Assembly (NCBI GenBank): GCA_030295235.1
Contig: AP026136.1
Span: 372,001-436,000 of the forward strand
Direction: 5' to 3'
Length of the DNA: 64,000 bases
Source: Fistulifera solaris
Taxonomy: Eukaryota
The position numbers and the translations under genes are program-made. Of this stretch, positions 24,353 to 35,671 are shown one piece after another. Position 1 is the first letter of the stretch, and each line of letters opens with the position of its first letter. Below the pieces are notes generated by a model that saw only the letters and a list, made by a program, of their open reading frames with translations, did not search any database and was not told where the DNA came from.

Positions 24353-25594
24353 ATGTCTATTGAATACTTTACTCCTTTAACTGGAACGCTTGGGGGTTTC
24401 TCATTGGTAAGATTTACATGTTGGTCGTCGTTTCATTTATAAATCGATTTCTGACTCTTTCACGATGACTCAGGAGGCTCCGCGGCCATTTTATTGCTCT
24501 TTAACGGAGATATACTGGGTGCAAGCGGCATTGTCTCCACTACTGTTTTGGATCCTGTCAAAGCCATCACTGATCCGTGCATGACATGGAAACTAGCATT
24601 CTTATCCAGTTTCCTTCTGTTCTCCAACCTTGTCTTGGGTGCCTACTTAGAAGGAGACGAACGATTTGGAAAGGATGTCAGCATTCCAATCCCTTCTATC
24701 ATAGGCTATGTCCTGGCGGGAGGCTTGGTTGGCTTTGGAACTCGACTGAGTAACGGCTGTACTACAGGCCACGGTGTGTGTGGTATGGCCCGTCTCAGTG
24801 TTCGCTCCGTGGCTGCCGTGTGCACATTTATGATTACAGGGATCGGCACGGCCGTACTCACAGCTCCAGATAATCATGTAACTCGTAACTTCACAGAATT
24901 CTTGCGCACAGACGATGTTCCTCAACAACCGATGCAGTGGTTGGGTTCCATCATATCCATGGTGATTGTCCTCCCTACCATTCTAGCCATCTTCCGGCTG
25001 GTTGCGATGAAAGAAGAGATCAAAAAAACATCATCGATCTCCCAAACAAAATCGATCAATCCTAGCAAAGACAAAACAACACAAAGTGAAGATGACTACG
25101 CGTGTAATCCGGATGTCGATCTCCGTGACGATCGACACAAAATAATTCCAGCTGCTACCGGCGGACTCGTGTTCGCATTGGGCCTCGCTGTGTCCGGCAT
25201 GGTATATCAAGGCAAGGTTCTCGGTTTTCTCAATCTCTATCTTCTTTCGAACGGAACCTACGATCCCACGTTGCTTCTGGTGATGGGCGGCGCGTGCCTT
25301 GTCAGCTTTTTGGCGTATCAGTTTGTGTCTGGCTGGGGTGTTCTTTCCCACCCTTATTGGACACGCACATGCCCTCTGACCGCCAAGAAGTTCTCGGTTC
25401 CATCGAGTACTGTAATTGATGCACCATTGTTCCTCGGAGCTGCCTGTTTCGGTGCTGGATGGGGACTCGCTGGTATTTGTCCCGGACCAGCCATCTACTT
25501 GGCAGCCATTGGTACACCGTCTGTCATTTCGTATTGGTGGCCTGCCTTTTTGGTTGGTTCGTTGATTGCGCATAAACTCAAAGAAAGATCATAA
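24353..25594 (+). CDS. YeeE/YedE-family sulfur-compound (thiosulfate) transporter; two repeats in one chain
   Basis: GFGTRLSNGCTTGHGVCG, FALGLAVSGM and FGAGWGLAGICPGP. The first exon MSIEYFTPLTGTLGG is followed by an intron at about 24407-24473. Confidence 0.88.
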
Positions 25595-25796
25595 CTGGAA
25601 GATTATAATGTTTAGATCATTTTTGGGACTTCCTGTCTTACCCCTCGATTTTTAATTGTGCCATGTAGATTGTACGTAACTGCGGTACCGGTACCTGCGG
25701 TACCGAACGAGAATACTCCGCTGCGGCCTCGAGACCGAGACCTACCTGATCGTCGTTCCCTGCGACGACCATGTGACACAAGACGACGAGCGCCTG

Positions 25797-25832
<36 letters not shown>
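25797..25832. repeat. Compound microsatellite (AT)13(AC)5
   Basis: Seen directly, upstream of the Kelch-BTB gene. Confidence 0.95.
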
Positions 25833-26039
25833 CAACATATCGTCCGCAACAATAATATAATAGCCTTTGACTATTGAAACAAAGAGTCCGAACAGCATTT
25901 TATTGCCGCTTCTCCTATCAAATTCCTGTTCTAACACAATCAGTCACAAGAATTTGCGATACACACCCTATTACGAGCAGTGAACGACAGTTTCTTTGTT
26001 TTTGTGGTTCTTTGAAACTTTTGACTCCCGACACAAACA

Positions 26040-27865
26040 ATGGCGGACGATGCCGCCGCACGCATGGAAAACAACAACAACAATATTAATAATAATAACA
26101 ATAACCTCGTAGGCCCCATTCCGCCCCAAATATCACCGCAACCGAGTCGACAGTGTTTGACTTGGAATCGCGTCGAATCTTCGGGCGTGCCACCGCCCCG
26201 TTCGGGGGCCGCCAGTATTGTTGTGAAAGGTAAATTGTACGTCTTTGGGGGGATATGGAGGTGGGACCGGACGATTGGATGATTTTTACAGTTATGATTT
26301 TGAGAGCAATGAATGGCAAGAAGTACACGTATTGTCGGAATATCGACCGGGTTGTCGAGAAAACAATGGAGTGGTGATTTCCGATAGTTCCAGTGAAATA
26401 TATCTCTTTGGAGGGTACGTCAGTTCGAAGAGAGAGAGAGAGAGAGTTTCGTTTGTCCATTCACTCAATCTTTGTAACGTTTTCCTTAAGATACAACGGC
26501 AACAGCTGGCTGAATGATTTGTGGAAATTTGATATCGAAACGAAATGCTGGACTTGCATTCAAGAATCTTCGGATCCATTCCCCGCCGACGATGATACCG
26601 ACGCCGCGGTGGGAGATGTCATGATGGGGCCGGTGCAGCCCCCGGTCAAGGGAAAGATTCCGTGTCGTCGCTTTGGATATGTTTCGGTCGTGCACCGCGG
26701 GAAATTCATTCTCTTTGGTGGCTTTGATGGTTCGCGCTGGTTGTCGGATATGCACATTTTTGTCTTCGAGACCCGAACTTGGACCGAAGTGCAGCCCAAG
26801 GGAAACGCTCCCAGTGCCCGATCGTGTCCCGCGTGGGCCAAGGATGACACGCATTTATGGATCCACGGTGGCTATGATGGTGTAGACCGGAAGGCTGACT
26901 TTTTCGCCTTTGATTTGACGACTTACACGTGGACCGAGATTCCCTGTCTGGGCCGTCCTCCTCCTCCACGTTATTTCCATTCTTGCTGTCTGTACGGGAA
27001 CAAGCTCTATGTGTACGGTGGGTACTCCGGGAGTGAGCGACTTGGTGATATGTATTGTTTTGACTATGACACGAACCATTGGAGTCAGGTGGACTGCAAT
27101 CATGGTGAAGTTCCGAGTGGACGATCTTCCCTCGTCGCGCAGGTCCACAACAACTATCTCTATATTTTTGGCGGTTACAATGGCTCCAATGTACTCAATG
27201 ACTTTTACAAATTTCGACTCAAGACGATCGGCGTTCCGCCTCCCGCTTTGGTGGCCGACTTTCGTCGACTTATGAACGATTCTACCTTGGCCGACGTTTG
27301 TTTTTTGGTCGAGAATAAAGAAGTGTACGCTCATCGAGCTATCTTAGCCATCCGGTCCGAGTATTTCCGCGTCATGTTGTGTGGAGGTATGCGAGAAAGT
27401 AGTACCATTCCCGGAGCAATCTCCAGCCAACCCATTGAACTCCCGGATGTTTCTCACGCGGTGTTCCACAAGGTTCTCGAGTTTTTGTACACAGACACTT
27501 GTGAAGGAGTATCGTTGGAAACGGGTATTCACCTTCTCGTGGCAAGTGAATTGTTCATGTTGGACCGATTGAAAGCTCTTTGTGAAGAATTCATTCGACG
27601 TGATATTAACGTGGAGAATGTTGTGGGGATTTTGGTGGCGAGCTATCGACACAATGCCGAAGCCTTGAAAGATATTGCTCTCGAATTCATACTTCGCCAT
27701 TTGACAGATCCCACCGTCATGGCAGGATTGAGTGACTTACGTGTGGAACCGGATCTGTTATTGGAGATTATTCGGCGTAGTACACAAAACAATGGACCGA
27801 ATAATGGTCATCAGGAAGGAGCTTCTCTGGTGGCCCGTTTCGGGTCATCGTCTCCATTGAGATAG
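26040..27865 (+). CDS. Kelch-repeat plus BTB/BACK protein (LZTR1-like Cullin-3 adaptor)
   Basis: Repeated LY/FxFGGY kelch motifs and BTB ADVCFLVENKEVYAHRAILAIRSEYF. Poly-Asn N-terminus. Intron 26415-26490 contains (GA)n. Indel in a G-run near 26250. Confidence 0.9.
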
Positions 27866-28222
27866 ATGCGGCAAAGAAGTATTTCCTTGGTCGGTTGTTT
27901 TTAATATATATGGATGAATTAATTGAAATGGAAAGGTTAGTCAATTGATGACTTGCGGTTCAGGAGGCGGAATTATTTGGAGTAGAAGTCCCTAGTCCTT
28001 AGCCATCCGGTACTTACTGGATCGTATCGGTACTAAATTCGATTAACCATGGAGAAAGAAGTGAACAACGGATGGGTTTCCCGCCATTTCGGACGAAAAA
28101 ATGGAATCAAGCGCATCGTTGTCATTCGTCGTCACAATGATTAATAATCAAACAACCACCAACGATTACTTCAAGAGCTCGCATCCGTTAACAAATTAAA
28201 GTTGTTTTCAGATTTAAACAAC

Positions 28223-29471
28223 ATGACATCCGCTGGAACTCCATGGGTCGAACTGTACCGGCCGAAATCGCTAAAAGATGTTTCTCATCAATCGGAAGTC
28301 GTTGCTACTTTGCAGAATGCCGTAGAAACGGGTCGCATGCCTCATTTGTTGTTTTACGGGCCTCCGGGTAGTGGGAAGGTGTGTTATGTGTTATTTTTTG
28401 CTCTTGTTCTCTTTTGGTTTGTTTTTCGAATAATCGCGTCCTCATTCTTTCTCGTTCCCTTAGACATCGGTAGCATTAGCACTCTGTCGACAATTGTGGC
28501 ATCCATCGGATTGGAAACGACGTGTCTTGGAATTAAATGCATCTGATGAAAGAGGAATCTCTGTGGTTCGGGAGAAAATCAAAAACTTTGCTAGTCTCGC
28601 GGTAGGGAAACCGCAAGAATCCTTCTTTCCAAGAAGAAAGATGAGGATAGCATGGATGTGGAAGAAAAGAAATATCCGAATCCTCCTTTCAAAATTATCA
28701 TCTTAGATGAAGCAGATACTGTGACACCTGATGCGCAAGCGGCGCTGCGTCGAATCATTGTAAGTGAAAGGGGAAACTGCCGCTAGCACACATTCTCGTA
28801 TAAGCCACTCATTGTGAAAATATTCCTTAATTGTAACACAGGAAGCGCATTCGAAAATCACTCGCTTCATACTCATTTGCAATTATGTGACCCGCGTCAT
28901 TGAGCCTCTGGCATCACGTTGTGCGAAATTCCGTTTCCAGGCATTGCCTCCGGCATCGATGCGAGATCGTCTTTTGACCATTGCTGCCGCCGAAGGTTGT
29001 TCCGAACAAGAAGTCTCCCTCGTGGACGATATCTTGGAACAAGCAGACGGTGACATGCGGCGTGCCGTCACGACGCTGCAGTCGGTGCATTCGTTGGCGG
29101 TGGGATCCCAGCCATTGACCAAGGATATCATTTCCGAGATTGCTGGTTTGCCTCCGGTTGCGGTGATGGATCAATTGTGGAGGGCTTTGGGAGCGGATGG
29201 CACGGCCGCCACATTTGATAGTATGCAGAAAATGGTCGAAAGCATTTCGGCCGATGGCTATTCGGCGAAATTACTCTTATCCACTTTGTTGACGAAAGTG
29301 ATTGTCGATAACACCTTGTCGGAATTGGACAAGGCTGAGTTGTCCATTCGCATTGCCGAGGCGGAAAAGTGTATGATGGATGGTGCCGATGAATATCTAC
29401 AGCTTTTGACGGTTTGCAGTCACGCACTTGGTTCTTTTTCTCGTTGTACCCAAGAAAGCACGAGGCAATAA
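28223..29471 (+). CDS. RFC4: Replication factor C small subunit (human RFC4 / yeast Rfc2 type)
   Basis: [37 protein letters not shown] and [12 protein letters not shown]. Introns at about 28379-28463 and 28760-28841. Indel near 28630. Confidence 0.9.
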
Positions 29472-29636
29472 GCAGTAGATGGATGAAGAGACGGAAATAA
29501 TCACAGTATAAAATACTGTTCGCAACCAAAGCATTATTATCGCCTTGCCCTTTACTGGAAGTATTCGAAAGAAGATAACTTTTCTATGCCACATTTAATG
29601 AAGATGACGCTCCTTTCATTTACTAATCAAAGTCAT

Positions 29637-30392
29637 TTACACCAACTCCAGAATAGCCATCTTAGCATTGTCACCTTGACGAGCAACAGTTCGCAAGACA
29701 CGAGTGTATCCACCATTTTGTTCACCATATCGATCGGGAGCAGCTTCAAAGAGAGAATGGACCAAGTTTTTGTCGTAGACCCAGGCCATGGCCTGACGAC
29801 GAGCGTGCAAATCCCCTCGCTTACCGAGTTCAATCATGTGATCGACATGTTTGCGAACCGCCTTGGCACGTACTAAGGTAGTTTTGATACGACCGTGTCG
29901 AATGACTTCGGTCGTCAAAGCACGCAACAGTGCCTTTCGTTGATCGGCGGGCTTGCCGAGTGTCTTGAAGCCCTTGCGATGACGCATCATGTTGAGTTCC
30001 GATCGTCCCGTGTGCACCGACGCGGACGGAGAAGTCACCAAGGCTTGACCGACAAAGGCACTACCGCCGGTGACTGTTGCAAGAGAAGAGGAGAAGAGGT
30101 AGAAATAATGAGTCGATACGTTGTGAACGAGCAATATTCCGGAAAAATGGAACATTAAAATCAACTATGATAACACGTCCAATCGAATTTCCCTAAAGGT
30201 TTTTAAGACTTCACCCCTCCTACGAAAGAAAAGAAATCAAATCCGATCGCAAAAGTTCGTTCAATGCTTGCGAAATCAACACAAAACATCAAGAAGGAAA
30301 CGACGGTTTCATTCGATGGCACTCGTTGCTCCTTACATACCGAACGCAGAAGCTCCCACAAGGAGAAGGGAAAGGAGAGCAAGAACTCTCAT
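29637..30392 (-). CDS. rpl17: Plastid 50S ribosomal protein L17; two exons
   Basis: [46 protein letters not shown]. Exon 1 (30392-30341) encodes [17 protein letters not shown]. Intron 30340-30074. Confidence 0.95.
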
Positions 30393-30874
30393 TGTTCTGT
30401 ATTAGATTATGGAATACAGCAACCAGGTGTTGCTATGCTTGCCTCAAACACACAGGGTTGATGGAGTTGCGAGCAGCGAACGGGGCTGATGTGTTCTTTG
30501 TTGCCATGGTCTTGCATCCGATGGACGGTCGATCGTTTGGATGGAAGTGCGTCAGACATCAAGCTACGGTTCTCGTGGAAAACAAGCAGGAAAAGATATT
30601 TTTCGTAGAGGGATTCCAGATTCTCTTTCTGGATATTAAGTATCATGTACTCTTATATGTCGATCAGCATTTGAAAATGTCGATCGAATCGACCCCTGTC
30701 CTTCGACCGTAATTTCGCCGTCCGCTCGCGACAGGAACATCACACTGCGCCTCTCAAACGAACACATCAGCCTGCAAAAAGTCTATTAGTACAAACGGAA
30801 ACAAGAGAGAGTGTTGCGACGTTCCTCGTCTCTTCTCTTGCAACATCATTATTGATTAAAGAATAGACAAAACT

Positions 30875-31433
30875 ATGAAGGTTGCTTTAGTTTGCTCTGT
30901 ATTGCTGGCCAGTGCCTCTGCGTTCGGTACGTCGATTAAAAACGAAAAAGACGAAACAAGGCAAATACGTCGCACTACGAAACCGTAGCTGTTTTGAGTG
31001 TCGAAAGAGCATCACATTCGATATTAAAATTTCTTTGGTTCATCATCCCTTTCTTTTCTTCTCACCCAAATAATCTGTTTCAGGCATTGCTCCCATCGCC
31101 CACCGAACGAGCTTAACTAGTCTATCGGCACTTTTGCCCAAGGAAGAAATGGACACGGATCAACTCGAGATTCTTAAAATCACGGAACGATGGAATGAGG
31201 TACGATTGCTAACAAAGGAGGAAGCCGCCAAATTGGAACCCGAATGGAAGGAAGCCTACGAACGATATTATGAAAAATACGATCGCGACATGTCCACGAT
31301 GGAAGAGATCGCCGCCAAATTGCAGAGCATGATTGAACCTCCCAATGTCAAAGCCAAGACTAAGGGACAAAGACGTCGTGATGCTTGGGCCAAGAAACAG
31401 GCAACGGCGGCGGCGCGTGCGCTTAAGAAGTAA
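30875..31433 (+). CDS. Unknown small plastid-targeted helical protein with basic C-terminus; two exons
   Basis: Exon 1 (30875-30926) MKVALVCSVLLASASAF and intron 30927-31083 (gtacgt..tttcag) splice in frame to ORF 31134-31433. Confidence 0.85.
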
Positions 31434-31795
31434 AGTGAATAGGAACTAAAAGTAACAAGATTCTTACTCTTTTATGACTTTTTTAATGAAATGTAGTTGA
31501 GCGTGTCTATTATTCTGAATGCGAAATCTGTAGCAAACGCAGCGGAGTACCAGAGAACGCACACAGCGCTCCGAACTAGATTATCAATAGTTGATCTTGA
31601 CCTGGAAATCCCTCACACTTTTCAAGGAAAGAGAGACGCTTTCTGAATATGCCTTCAATAAAGTCGAATGAAAAATCAATTTCGTTCGATTGTTATGCCC
31701 TGCATGCGCGTCTGATGATCTACAGTTTCAAACCATATGGTCGATTCATTTCAAGGAACCTCCGTCGCGTTGCTCTAAAAGATTTTAAATCTCCT

Positions 31796-32707
31796 CTACT
31801 GGTCTTTTCGAGAATCCTCGACCAACGGTCGTGGTAATACGCTGTAAATCACATTCATACACTTCTGTTTGAGATCCTCCAAATCTTCTTTGCCGGTAAC
31901 TTTAACGGAAGGATGCACCGTTAGGGTAATCACGGGGGCAGACCCACCCCACAGAACATTAAAGGGATACAGCGAATTCCATATATTGCGAGGAATCTGC
32001 ATTGACAAGGGAATCAAACGAGTTTGATTCGTTTGTGCCATGACAAATGCACCATTCTTGAAGGGTAGTTGCTCCGCCATGCGGCGTGTGCCTTGCGGAA
32101 ACAAAAACATGGGAATACCCGCTTGCAAGGCTTGCTTGGATTTCTCAAACAAGGTCGACACACTGGCTTGATTTTTTCCGGTGCGTCGATCAATCATAAC
32201 ATGTCCTCCCAACCACATGACTTGCCCGACGCCCGGTAAATAATAAACGGATTGTTTGGCAATCCATTTAAAGCGTTGATTCAAATAGTACGCGGCACCG
32301 ACGTCGAGTTGACTGGCGTGATTCGCGATGAAAATGGGAGCCGGTACTTCCTTTTGTGTAGGTAAGTCCTCTGCACCTCTGATTTGTACACGTCCTACTA
32401 GTAATACAGTACAGCACCGAGCCACCCCGTGTTCGACGAAATGATGACAATCGTATTCGAGATCGGATCTTCCAAGCATTAGAATCCATTTCAATGTCAC
32501 CAAAATAACACCACATAAACACATGAGCATCCAAAGTTGATTGTATACAAAGACTTTAATACAGCCCCACAAAGAAAGAGAGGGAAGGGATGAGGGTTTC
32601 CATATCTTTCGTTCTTGCAAAACAGCGACACCCGCCGCTACTGTTGTTACGACAATGACATAACCACCGATTACGCGAACAGCGTAATGAACAAGAATAC
32701 TGTTCAT
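31796..32707 (-). CDS. 1-acyl-sn-glycerol-3-phosphate acyltransferase (LPAAT, PlsC family)
   Basis: NHASQLD (HX4D), KWIAK, MIDR and FPQGTR. N-terminal TM segments. Confidence 0.9.
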   Translation of the reverse strand: MNSILVHYAVRVIGGYVIVVTTVAAGVAVLQERKIWKPSSLPSLSLWGCIKVFVYNQLWMLMCLCGVILVTLKWILMLGRSDLEYDCHHFVEHGVARCCTVLLVGRVQIRGAEDLPTQKEVPAPIFIANHASQLDVGAAYYLNQRFKWIAKQSVYYLPGVGQVMWLGGHVMIDRRTGKNQASVSTLFEKSKQALQAGIPMFLFPQGTRRMAEQLPFKNGAFVMAQTNQTRLIPLSMQIPRNIWNSLYPFNVLWGGSAPVITLTVHPSVKVTGKEDLEDLKQKCMNVIYSVLPRPLVEDSRKDQ

Positions 32708-33135
32708 TTCTTCAATCGTGAGAGTTATTCACAGTATTAATCACGACAACTGATACGGCAATGCCTACACAAAGGAATGATTAGATCAAAAAGATAACAA
32801 ATGAAGCAATAGAATTTTTTTGATGCAGCGAGAGAACCATTCTACGCCGCGTTTGTCGTACCGGTAAAATTTCGTTGTCTTCTTTCGTGACTCGAACTCG
32901 CTCATCCCTCGCTTCCATCGACATCGACACGTCACATTTTCGCGACGACAAGAAAAGTCGTCTCGCCAACGCCGTCGCGTCGTTTATTTGTTCAATGCTA
33001 GTAATAAAATCTTTATTCATTTTCTAGAAAGGATATCGATTGGTGTTATAATACTTAATAAGACCGGTAAAATAAAGCCCTGCACACGTAAGGGAGATAG
33101 GAAGCAACGAACAAAAGGAGCTACCAGTAAAAACA

Positions 33136-33929
33136 ATGCTACGACTGCATTCACTTTTTCTTTTCGCACCATTCTTATTCTCCGTTTCCCATGGTTTTCA
33201 TACTATTCACCGACAACCAATCTCTTTTCAGAATGTTAAACATCGATATCCTTTTTCACCATTGTACATAGGTCCCGAAGAAGCTTGGGCAGCTTACAAT
33301 ACAGCACTACAAACGGATCCTTTAGTCACGAAAAGTATTACAGCATCGGTGATTTTGGGAGCCGCGGACTTGACGGGTCAAGCGCTCGAAAATCGATCAA
33401 AAGTCTCCTCTACTATCGATTGGGCACGCTCGGCCCGGTTTGCCTTTTTGGTCTCGTATTACAAGCACCGTGGAATCATTTCTATTATTTATTGTTGGAT
33501 GGTGTCCTTCCTCCTACCGAAGATCCATTTACGGCCACGAATTTCGTCAAAGTCGTCATTGATCAAGGACTTCAAGCTCCGTTATTTACAATTCTTATTT
33601 TTGTCTTTTTGGGGGCTTTGGAAGGGAAACAATTAGAGGCTATTCAGCAACAATTGCAGAAGGATTACAAAAACACGATGCTGACCAATTGTAAGTCTTG
33701 ATTACTTGCTTGAGTGTGTCGCGTAGTCCAAGGGTTCTCTTCCTTTTCTCATTCCCCTTCTTGCTGTTTCTGTTATTTATCGACAGGGAAAGTGTTCATT
33801 CCAGCCACGGTAATCAACATAGGCTTCGTTCCACCCATCTTTCGAGTGCTGTTTTTAAACGTAGTGTTCTTTGGTTGGTCTATCTATCTTTCGTTGTTGT
33901 TGAACAAGGACAAGAGTGAGCAATCATGA
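33136..33929 (+). CDS. Mpv17/PMP22-family membrane protein, probably plastid-targeted
   Basis: Signal peptide ending SHGF. PLVTKSIT, DWARSARF and KVVIDQ. Intron at about 33691-33786 splits the N-W codons. Indel near 33448. Confidence 0.85.
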
Positions 33930-34029
33930 AAAAGGTAGTGATATGATATTCGCATAGAGCAATTTCCCCGGCCAGCGCCTATGGAAACATTGCGAAAGCG
34001 AAAATTAGATGGGCTAGTGTAGCCCATCG

Positions 34030-34055
34030 TGATGACTCACGATGATGACTCACGA
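34030..34055. repeat. 13-bp direct repeat tgatgactcacga x2 containing TGACTCA (AP-1/GCN4-type bZIP core)
   Basis: Seen directly in intergenic sequence. Confidence 0.6.
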
Positions 34056-35671
34056 GACCACTAGTGCAAAAATAAATCTGGAACTTCCTAGATTTAGAGA
34101 ATTTGGTGTATGTCATTAGGTCTTATTTGGTTTTGATGAGATCGAAGCGCTAATTGGCTGCTGGCAGACCAACGGCGATTGCACAATATCCGTTTGAACC
34201 TTAAGCACAGTATTTGGGTAAAATCGTCGGTAGAAGCAGGTCCACGTAATCTAGGGGACAACTTTGTTTGCGTTGGTTGAGTTTATGAGAGACAACATGT
34301 GTGCCGGATGCGCAGTAGTCTAAAGTGTCGTTTCGTTTTGTTCCGTTTCCGTGAATTTTCCGGTAGCGATAAGACAAAGTCACTGTAGTAATAACCTGGT
34401 GAGACACATTCGTTGGACTGAAAGAGAAAAACAAAATGAAAGAAAGACGATGAAGAAAGCGACCATAAATAATAATGTCGATGATAGTGGTCGACTTCGA
34501 TGACAGACTTTTACAATCTAGCTTGCGTTGTAAATACTGACAGCGGACGGCTCGTACTAATTCATGAATGATCACTTCAAATACACGGCGGTAACGATGA
34601 TTCGATCGACAAAAGAAAAATGTTTTCCGGAAACGGCAAGAAACGCCGATCCTTGAAAACGGAAGGAAACGGCTGAAAACGACACGATTCGATTCATTTT
34701 TCGAATGAGCTTGATGCCCTCATTTTCTCTTTCTCACAAATTTCAAAGGACACTAACAAGGATGTTCCCTTCCTCCTTCTACCGTGTCCGACTCTCCTTG
34801 CCCAAGTATCTCGCTCACGGTGCACGTGTCGTTCCCGATAATAACTTGCTGGAATACGAGCTGGAAAATGTTCAAGTCGAAATTCCTTTGGAAATCAATG
34901 TTGAAGAAATAATGAATCGCCTTCTGCAGAGTTCCTCTCGCGTCGATCGCTGAAGAACAGTCGTTTGGGGCGCCCGTAGCATCCAAACGATGATCGCAAG
35001 CAAAAGTGATGCATTGCTGCAGAAATTTACACCCTCGGAGTATAATATAACTCACAACGGGATCATTTACACTTGAAAGTTTACAGAGCTACTAGACACG
35101 CTCTAATTTTTCACGACGCTTCTAGTTCCTTGAAACATTCATAATAAGTACATGCTGCTTCATTTGTCGCAAGGCTTGATAATGGTTGTGCATCTTGCTT
35201 GCAATAAATCTAACTTAAATCTCGCGTGCATCATAGTTTAATCGCGACCTTTTATCGTTATTGTCGGCGCCTTAGCTTTCAAACGAACGCACTACTTTTT
35301 TTGTCTAGAGGGTCTGGTTTTGACAATAGATTTTACAGTGAAAAGAAAGAAAAGCTATCTCTTAATTTGTACGTTGGTAAAGGGCGAGACCCCCGATCGC
35401 CGAAGCGACCATGGTAAATCTCATCGTCGCCTTTTAGAATGTTTATTTGTCTTGCTTCTTACCATTGGTGAATGCATCATACATCATGTTTGAATCGTGA
35501 AAGAAGTTGCGCAAGGATGATTTGGTGGCAAAAAACAGAAACGTTTTTTTATAGTGCTGGAAACGCGAGTTTTGGAAACGGCGGCTGAACGATGAAAACG
35601 CCAAGAATGAAAATGGTTCACCTCGAGAGCTCAATTTCATCTCACAATTTTTGACAAGCATTAAAAACAAC

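Noticed and set aside
25612..25937. ORFs with YIYIYI or CTVLY repeats (also 45072-45569)
   Set aside because: These are translations of the (AT)n and (GTACA)n microsatellites.
30074..30340. Long rpl17 intron as a possible snoRNA host
   Set aside because: I could not find convincing C/D or H/ACA boxes with a terminal stem. An Infernal/Rfam scan would settle it.
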